A DNA stretch of 64,000 nt. Source: Candidatus Eiseniibacteriota bacterium (lineage in GTDB: Bacteria; Eisenbacteria; RBG-16-71-46; JABDJR01). Below are positions 58,441 to 64,000 of the stretch, in pieces; positions within the stretch are counted from its first letter, which is position 1; each line of letters opens with the position of its first letter. The translations under genes were made by a program, and so were the position numbers. The stretch spans positions 1,600,001 through 1,664,000 of the forward strand of contig CAVXKA010000001.1 of NCBI GenBank assembly GCA_963762255.1, read 5' to 3'. The notes under the pieces are model-generated. The model ran no database searches and had not been told where the DNA came from. It saw nothing but the letters and a program-made list of their open reading frames with translations.

Positions 58441-59934
58441 ATGACCCTCGAGAGCTTGCTCCGGGTGCTTCCCGAATTCGAGCTGCGGGGGCCGGCGGAT
58501 TTCGAGATACGGTCGATCGAGCTGGACTCACGGCGGGTCGGCGGTGGGGCGCTGTTTGTCTGTCTGGAAGGGCTGGCCAGTGACGGGCATGACTTCGCCG
58601 CCGCCGCCGTGAACCAGGGTGCCGTCGCCCTTCTGGCGCGGCGCCCGGTGGGCGCGGCCGCGACCCAGGTTCTCGTGCGGGACACGCGCGAGGCCATGGC
58701 GCGGCTCGCGGTCGCCTTGTACGGCTTTCCATCGCGCTCCTTGCGGTTGGTCGGCGTTACCGGCACCAACGGCAAGACGACGTTGACCCACATCGTGAAG
58801 GGTCTCGCCGAGGAAGCGGGGGAGCCGGCGGAAGTGATGGGAACGCTCGGGAGTTCTTCCAAGGGGGGATACCGGTCCACCGGGTTCACCACCCCGGAGG
58901 CGCCCGAGTTGCAGCGGCTTCTTCGCGAGGCGGCGGATCGCGGCACGCGGTGGATCGCGATGGAGGTCTCGAGCCACGCGCTCGCACAGAAGCGCACGTT
59001 CGGAACGGATTTCGCCGCGGTGGTGTTCACGAATCTGACGCGGGACCACCTCGACTTTCACGGGGACATGCAGGCTTACTTCGAGGCTAAGGCCCTGCTC
59101 TTCGACCGCGCGCATCGCGGCTCGGAGCGGGAGGCGGTGGCGGTGATCAACTTCGAGGGCGCGGCGGGACGCGAGTTGGCGCGGCGCGCCACCGGGAAGG
59201 TGGCGAGCTACGGCCTTTCGTCCGGCGTCGACTATCGCGCCGAAAACGTGCGGTCGGGAGCCGGCGGGACGCTGTACTCGCTGGTCACGCCGCAGGGCTC
59301 CCGCGAAGTCCGGCTGCCGCTGCTCGGCGGCTTCAACGTGCTGAACGCTCTGGGCGCCCAAGCGGCGGTGATGGAAGCCGGCCTCCCGCTCGATGCGGCG
59401 GCGGCCGGAGTGCGCCGGGTGCCCCAGGTGCGGGGCCGGATGGAAGCGGTGCGAGGGACGCAGCCGTTCCTGGTGCTGATCGACTACGCGCACACTCCGG
59501 ACGCCCTCGCCCACGCGCTGGAGACCACGCGCGGCCTCGTCGGGGGTCGGCTGACCGTGGTGTTCGGCTGCGGCGGGGACCGCGATCGCGGCAAACGGCC
59601 GGAGATGGGAGCGGTCGCGGCGCGGCTCGCCGATCGCGTCCTTGTCACCTCCGACAACCCGCGCCACGAAGACCCGCAGGCGATCGTCGACGCGATCCTC
59701 CCGGGCGCCCGCCAGGGATCCGCCGAGGTATGGATCGAACTCGACCGCGAAACCGCGATCCGCCGCGCGTTGGTGGCCTCCGATTCGGGGGACGCGGTGC
59801 TGATCGCCGGCAAAGGACACGAGGACTATCAGATCGTCGGGGACGAGAAGCGGCCTTTTGACGACCGCGAGGTGGCCGCGCGGCTCCTCGGCGAGATTGG
59901 GTTTCATGCTGATGACGCATCCGCAGGCGTTTGA
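58441..59934 (+). CDS. murE: UDP-MurNAc-dipeptide:meso-DAP ligase
   Basis: GTNGKTT, MEVSSH, DHLDFH, DYAHTPD, DNPR (DAP specificity), AGKGHE. Confidence 0.95.
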   Translation: MTLESLLRVLPEFELRGPADFEIRSIELDSRRVGGGALFVCLEGLASDGHDFAAAAVNQGAVALLARRPVGAAATQVLVRDTREAMARLAVALYGFPSRSLRLVGVTGTNGKTTLTHIVKGLAEEAGEPAEVMGTLGSSSKGGYRSTGFTTPEAPELQRLLREAADRGTRWIAMEVSSHALAQKRTFGTDFAAVVFTNLTRDHLDFHGDMQAYFEAKALLFDRAHRGSEREAVAVINFEGAAGRELARRATGKVASYGLSSGVDYRAENVRSGAGGTLYSLVTPQGSREVRLPLLGGFNVLNALGAQAAVMEAGLPLDAAAAGVRRVPQVRGRMEAVRGTQPFLVLIDYAHTPDALAHALETTRGLVGGRLTVVFGCGGDRDRGKRPEMGAVAARLADRVLVTSDNPRHEDPQAIVDAILPGARQGSAEVWIELDRETAIRRALVASDSGDAVLIAGKGHEDYQIVGDEKRPFDDREVAARLLGEIGFHADDASAGV

Positions 59935-61300
59935 CCGCGCCTTCATCGCGAGCGCCGCTACGGGAACGCCGGTAGGCGAGCCCGGGGGAAGTCGCGTCGT
60001 GACCGACTCGCGCGCCGACGTGACCGGGGCGCTCTTCGTTGCGCTGGCCGGGGAGCGATTCGACGGCCATGACTTCGTCGAGGACGTCCTCGCACGCGGC
60101 GCGACGGGTGCGGTGGTTTCGGCTTCATGGTGGGGAACGCGGGGAAGCGGGCGGTTCACGAACCTCTTCGTGGTGCCCGACACGTTGCTGGCCCTGCACG
60201 CGCTCGCCCTCGCCCATCGCGCCCGGTTCACGCTTCCGGTGGCCGCGGTCACCGGCTCCAACGGCAAGACATCGACCAAGGAACTCCTGGCCGCCGCGTT
60301 GTCCCCCCTGGGCTCCGTGCTCAAGACGCAGGGGAACCTCAACAACCACATCGGCGTGCCTCTCACGCTGCTCGGCCTGCGAGCGGAGCACCGAGCCGCT
60401 GCGGTGGAAATGGGCCTCAACCACCCCGGTGAACTGCGCACCCTCTCCGCGCTCGCCCGGCCGCGCGCGGCGATCATCACCAACGTCCAGGCCGCGCATC
60501 TCGAGGGGCTGGGCACCCTCGATGGGGTCGCGCGCGCCAAAGCGGAGATTGTGGAAGGGTTCGAACCCGGCGGCGTTCTCGTGCTTCCCCACGGCCACGC
60601 GAGCCTCGACACTGCGCTGGCCGCGTATCGGGGACGCCGCCTCACCTTCGGTCTCGCGTCCGACGCCGACATTCACCCCGTTCACGTAGACGACCGCGGT
60701 CTCGACGGCGTGGCGGTCGTGCTGCCCGGCGGCGCGCGCGTGGAGACCGCGCTGGCGGGACGGCACGTCGTGCTGAACCTTCTCGCCGCGCTGGCCGCCG
60801 CGCAGGTTCTCGGCGTGTCACCCGCCGAGGCCGCTCCCGCCATCGCCGGCGTCAAGGCGGTGAAGGGGCGCCTCTGCCCGCGCCGCGCCGGAGGCGTCGT
60901 CGTGCTCGACGACAGCTACAACGCCAACCCCGCAAGCCTGGCCGCCGCCCTCGACACGTTGCGCAGCGCGCGAATCGACGGGCGACGCTGGGCAATCCTC
61001 GGCACCATGCGGGAGCTGGGCCCCGAGGAGGCGGCGCTCCACCGCGAGGCGGGCGCGGGCGCGGCTTTCGTGGACGGCCTCGTCGTGGTGGGCGAACTCG
61101 GGCGCGCTTTGGGCAAAGGCGCGGTGGCGGCGGGTCTCGATCGCGCGCGCGTACGCGAGGCCGCGGACGGCGCCCGGGCCGCGGCGATGCTCCTGCCCGA
61201 CCTCCGCCCGGGGGACGCGGTGCTGGTGAAGGCGAGCCGGACCACCCGGCTCGATACCGCGGTGGAGGCCCTGATCGCGGGGCTCGGGGGAGAGGGCTGA
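59906..61300 (+). CDS. murF: UDP-MurNAc-tripeptide:D-Ala-D-Ala ligase
   Basis: GSNGKTSTKE, NNHIGVPLT, DSYNANP, LVKASR. Confidence 0.95.
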   Translation: MLMTHPQAFDRAFIASAATGTPVGEPGGSRVVTDSRADVTGALFVALAGERFDGHDFVEDVLARGATGAVVSASWWGTRGSGRFTNLFVVPDTLLALHALALAHRARFTLPVAAVTGSNGKTSTKELLAAALSPLGSVLKTQGNLNNHIGVPLTLLGLRAEHRAAAVEMGLNHPGELRTLSALARPRAAIITNVQAAHLEGLGTLDGVARAKAEIVEGFEPGGVLVLPHGHASLDTALAAYRGRRLTFGLASDADIHPVHVDDRGLDGVAVVLPGGARVETALAGRHVVLNLLAALAAAQVLGVSPAEAAPAIAGVKAVKGRLCPRRAGGVVVLDDSYNANPASLAAALDTLRSARIDGRRWAILGTMRELGPEEAALHREAGAGAAFVDGLVVVGELGRALGKGAVAAGLDRARVREAADGARAAAMLLPDLRPGDAVLVKASRTTRLDTAVEALIAGLGGEG

Positions 61301-62388
61301 TGCTCTATCATCTCCTCTACCCGCTCAGCGATATTTTCTCACCACTCAACGTTTTTAGATATATCACGTTCCGGGCCGCCTACGCCACGATCACCGCGCT
61401 CCTCCTCTGCTTCATCTTCGGCCCCGCTCTGGTGCGCCGCCTGCGTCAGTTCAAAGTCCGCCAGATCATCCGCCAGGACGGCCCCGCGACCCACCTCACG
61501 AAGTCGGGAACGCCGACCATGGGCGGGCTCCTCATCGTGGCCGCCACCGTCCTGCCGACCCTGCTCTGGGCCTCGCTCCTCAACCGCTACGTTCTCCTCG
61601 CGGTGGGAGTGACGCTGGTGATGGGCGGACTCGGGTTCCTCGACGACTACCTGCACGTGGTGCGGCGCGCGCCGAAGGGGCTTCTCGGGCGCTACAAGCT
61701 GGTCGTGCAGTTCGGCGTGGGGCTCGCCGTGGGCACGATTCTCTACCTCTACCCCGTCGAACCGAGGTTCGCCACCGCCACCACGGTGCCCTTCCTCAAG
61801 ACTCCCGGGCTCTGGGATCTTGGCCTCTTCTACATCCCGTTCGTGGCCCTGGTCATCACCGCGACCTCGAACTCGGTGAACCTCACCGACGGCCTCGACG
61901 GTCTCGCCGCCGGCTTGGCCGCGCTGGCCGCCGCCGCCTTTGCCGGACTCGCCTACGTCAGCGGCAACGTGAAGATAGCCGGCTACCTCAACATTCCCTA
62001 CATCCCGGGGGGCGGCGAGCTGGCCATCTTCTGCACCGCGCTCTTCGGGGCCACCCTCGGGTTTCTATGGTTCAACAACCACCCCGCGGATGTCTTCATG
62101 GGGGACACCGGGTCGTTGGCCATCGGGGGCGCGCTCGGCACGGCGGCGGTGATGCTGAAGAAAGAGATCCTGCTCTGTCTCATCGGCGGGATCTTCGTGG
62201 TGGAGGCGCTCTCGGTCATCATCCAGGTCGCTTCGTTCAAACTCCGGCACAAGCGCGTCTTTCGAATGGCGCCGATTCACCACCACTTCGAGCTGAAGGG
62301 GTGGCCGGAGTCCCGGGTCGTGGTTCGCTTCTGGATCGTGGGCGTGCTGCTCGTGCTGTTGAGCCTGAGCACGCTGAAGCTGCAATGA
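61300..62388 (+). CDS. mraY: Phospho-MurNAc-pentapeptide transferase
   Basis: GTPTMGG, NLTDGLDGL, FMGDTGS, APIHHHFE. Confidence 0.97.
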   Translation: MLYHLLYPLSDIFSPLNVFRYITFRAAYATITALLLCFIFGPALVRRLRQFKVRQIIRQDGPATHLTKSGTPTMGGLLIVAATVLPTLLWASLLNRYVLLAVGVTLVMGGLGFLDDYLHVVRRAPKGLLGRYKLVVQFGVGLAVGTILYLYPVEPRFATATTVPFLKTPGLWDLGLFYIPFVALVITATSNSVNLTDGLDGLAAGLAALAAAAFAGLAYVSGNVKIAGYLNIPYIPGGGELAIFCTALFGATLGFLWFNNHPADVFMGDTGSLAIGGALGTAAVMLKKEILLCLIGGIFVVEALSVIIQVASFKLRHKRVFRMAPIHHHFELKGWPESRVVVRFWIVGVLLVLLSLSTLKLQ

Positions 62389-63809
62389 CGGTGGAAGGAG
62401 AGAGGATCGCGGTGGCGGAGAAGACGTTCCACATCGGCTCCTGGCGCGGCCGGCGCGTAGCCGTGCTCGGCATGGCGCGCAGCGGCCGGGCGGTGGCGCG
62501 GCTGTTGGCGCGCCATGAGGCGAGGGTCCGCGTGAGCGATCTCAAGAGCGCGGCGGAGCTCGGGATCGACACCGCCGCGTGGGAGCGCGACGGCGTGGAG
62601 CTGCGCCTCGGCGGATTCACCGCCGACGCGTTCGACGGCATCGAAATCGCGGTGGTCAGTCCCGGCATCCCCAAGACCGCCCCCGTCCTCGTCGAGGCGC
62701 GACGCCGGGGAATCCCGCTCCTCTCGGAACTCGACGTGGCCGCGCAATTCGCCGCCGCTCCCATCGCTGCCGTCACCGGCACCAACGGCAAGAGCACGAC
62801 GGTGACGGTACTCGGCCAGCTCGTGGGCGCGCTCGGCCTGCCGAACGCGGTGGCCGGAAACGTGGGCACGGCTCTGAGCGAGGTCGTGGAAGAGATTCCC
62901 GCCCACGGTGTCCTCGTGGTCGAAGTGAGTTCCTACCAACTCGAGGACGTGAAGACCTTTCACGCGCGCGCGGCGGCGGTCCTGAACCTCACCCCCGACC
63001 ACCTCGACCGCTACGCCTCGTTGGACGCCTACCTGCAAACCAAACTGCGCATCTTCGAGCGGCAGACCGCCGAGGATGCCGCCGTACTCCCCGCCTCTGA
63101 TCTGCGCCTCGATCCGGTGGCGCCCGCCCTCCGCGCGCGCCTTTTCCGATTCGGGGTCGGGAGCGGGGGCGGGGACGGTGTTTACGTCTCGCGCGATCGG
63201 CTGTGGCACCGGCGCGACGGCCATGAGCGCGAGATCCTGCCTCTGGCGGAGTTGTCCCTGCCGGGCCCGCACAACCACGCCAACGTGGCCGCGGCGCTCT
63301 GCCTGCTCGAGGGGATGGGTCTGGACCCGCTCGATCCGCGCGTTCTCGCCTCCCTGCGCACCCTGAAGGGGCTGGCCCATCGCATCGAGCCGGTGGGCGA
63401 GGTGGACGGCGTGGCCTTCTTCAACGACTCGAAAGCCACCAATCCGGAGTCGTTGGAAGTGGCGCTGCACTCCTTCACCGCGCCGGTGGTGCTGATCGCC
63501 GGCGGGCGGGCGAAGAAGAGCGACTACGCCCGACTCGCGCCGCTCCTGGCGGAGCGTGTGGCGGAAATCGTTCTGATCGGCGAGGCGTCGCCGCTCCTGG
63601 CGGAGGCCTGGGCGACGGCGGGGATACCGATCCACCCTGCCGGGACCGATTTCGAAGCGGCGGTGCGGTTGGCCTTGGATCTGGCGCGCGCCGGCGGCAG
63701 GCCGGTGCTGCTCTCGCCGGGGTGCGCGTCGTTCGACATGTTTCGCGACTACGAGGACCGCGGAGACCGCTTTCGCGCGCTCGTCACGCAATGGAAGGGG
63801 CGGGCATGA
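62385..63809 (+). CDS. murD: UDP-MurNAc-L-Ala:D-Glu ligase
   Basis: VSPGIP, GTNGKST, EVSSYQL, DHLDRY, NDSKATN, SPGCASFD. Confidence 0.95.
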   Translation: MTVEGERIAVAEKTFHIGSWRGRRVAVLGMARSGRAVARLLARHEARVRVSDLKSAAELGIDTAAWERDGVELRLGGFTADAFDGIEIAVVSPGIPKTAPVLVEARRRGIPLLSELDVAAQFAAAPIAAVTGTNGKSTTVTVLGQLVGALGLPNAVAGNVGTALSEVVEEIPAHGVLVVEVSSYQLEDVKTFHARAAAVLNLTPDHLDRYASLDAYLQTKLRIFERQTAEDAAVLPASDLRLDPVAPALRARLFRFGVGSGGGDGVYVSRDRLWHRRDGHEREILPLAELSLPGPHNHANVAAALCLLEGMGLDPLDPRVLASLRTLKGLAHRIEPVGEVDGVAFFNDSKATNPESLEVALHSFTAPVVLIAGGRAKKSDYARLAPLLAERVAEIVLIGEASPLLAEAWATAGIPIHPAGTDFEAAVRLALDLARAGGRPVLLSPGCASFDMFRDYEDRGDRFRALVTQWKGRA

Positions 63810-64000
63810 TCGACTGGCGGGCTTCTCTGCGGCGGGCGGCGGCGACGATGCGGGTGGATCTGGCGTTCCCGGCCCGGCTTCCCGAGGAAATGACGGCCCT
63901 TCGGTGGGATCGCGGCATCTTGATCGGCACCTTCGGGCTCCTCTTCGTGGGGCTCCTCATGGTCTATTCGGCCACCTCAGCCTCCCCGTCTCGGCCGGCC
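63806..64000 (+). CDS. ftsW: Probable FtsW, 5' fragment
   Basis: ATGA overlap with murD; WDRGILIGTFGLLFVGLLMVYSA matches FtsW TM1; runs off the window. Confidence 0.75.
   Translation, partial: MIDWRASLRRAAATMRVDLAFPARLPEEMTALRWDRGILIGTFGLLFVGLLMVYSATSASPSRPA

Noticed and set aside
1-64000. Many long overlapping or antisense ORFs in the track (e.g. 41590-43455, 56302-57903, 58528-60672, 25822-27669)
   Set aside because: They shadow genes with clear motifs and are Arg/Gly/Pro-rich, as expected from stop-codon scarcity at high GC.
1-64000. CRISPR array, tRNA/rRNA, IS or prophage
   Set aside because: No regularly spaced repeats, cloverleafs, transposase, integrase or phage genes were recognised by eye.

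Overview
High-GC bacterial chromosome segment. Gene content (diderm envelope, TonB receptor, proteins with T9SS/FlgD-type C-terminal domains) suggests an FCB-group lineage such as Eisenbacteria or Krumholzibacteriota; this is inference only. In order: (1) 1-17.4 kb, a surface glycan operon with GT2/GT4/GT-C glycosyltransferases, a CapD-like dehydratase, a Wzx-like flippase, three GNAT proteins, a deacetylase-like protein and a PorZ-like propeller protein. (2) A HExxH-TPR gene coupled to nth, a beta-helix lipoprotein, a lipid kinase and a frameshifted FTCD. (3) A four-gene B12-uptake-like operon under a cobalamin riboswitch. (4) A hybrid histidine kinase converging on a compositionally distinct cassette: a small secreted propeptide gene lying 3 nt upstream of a TPR-sigma54 enhancer-binding protein. 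This candidate peptide-signalling system is the best novelty lead. (5) S9 peptidase, Ig-like lipoprotein, molybdopterin oxidoreductase, Ada, ggt, YigZ, M14 peptidase and an ArnT-like gene. (6) The start of the dcw cluster (mraZ, structured spacer, STAS gene, rsmH, ftsL, ftsI, murE, murF, mraY, murD, partial ftsW). Several single-base insertions break otherwise intact genes and probably reflect assembly error. I saw no rRNA, tRNA, CRISPR array or transposase.
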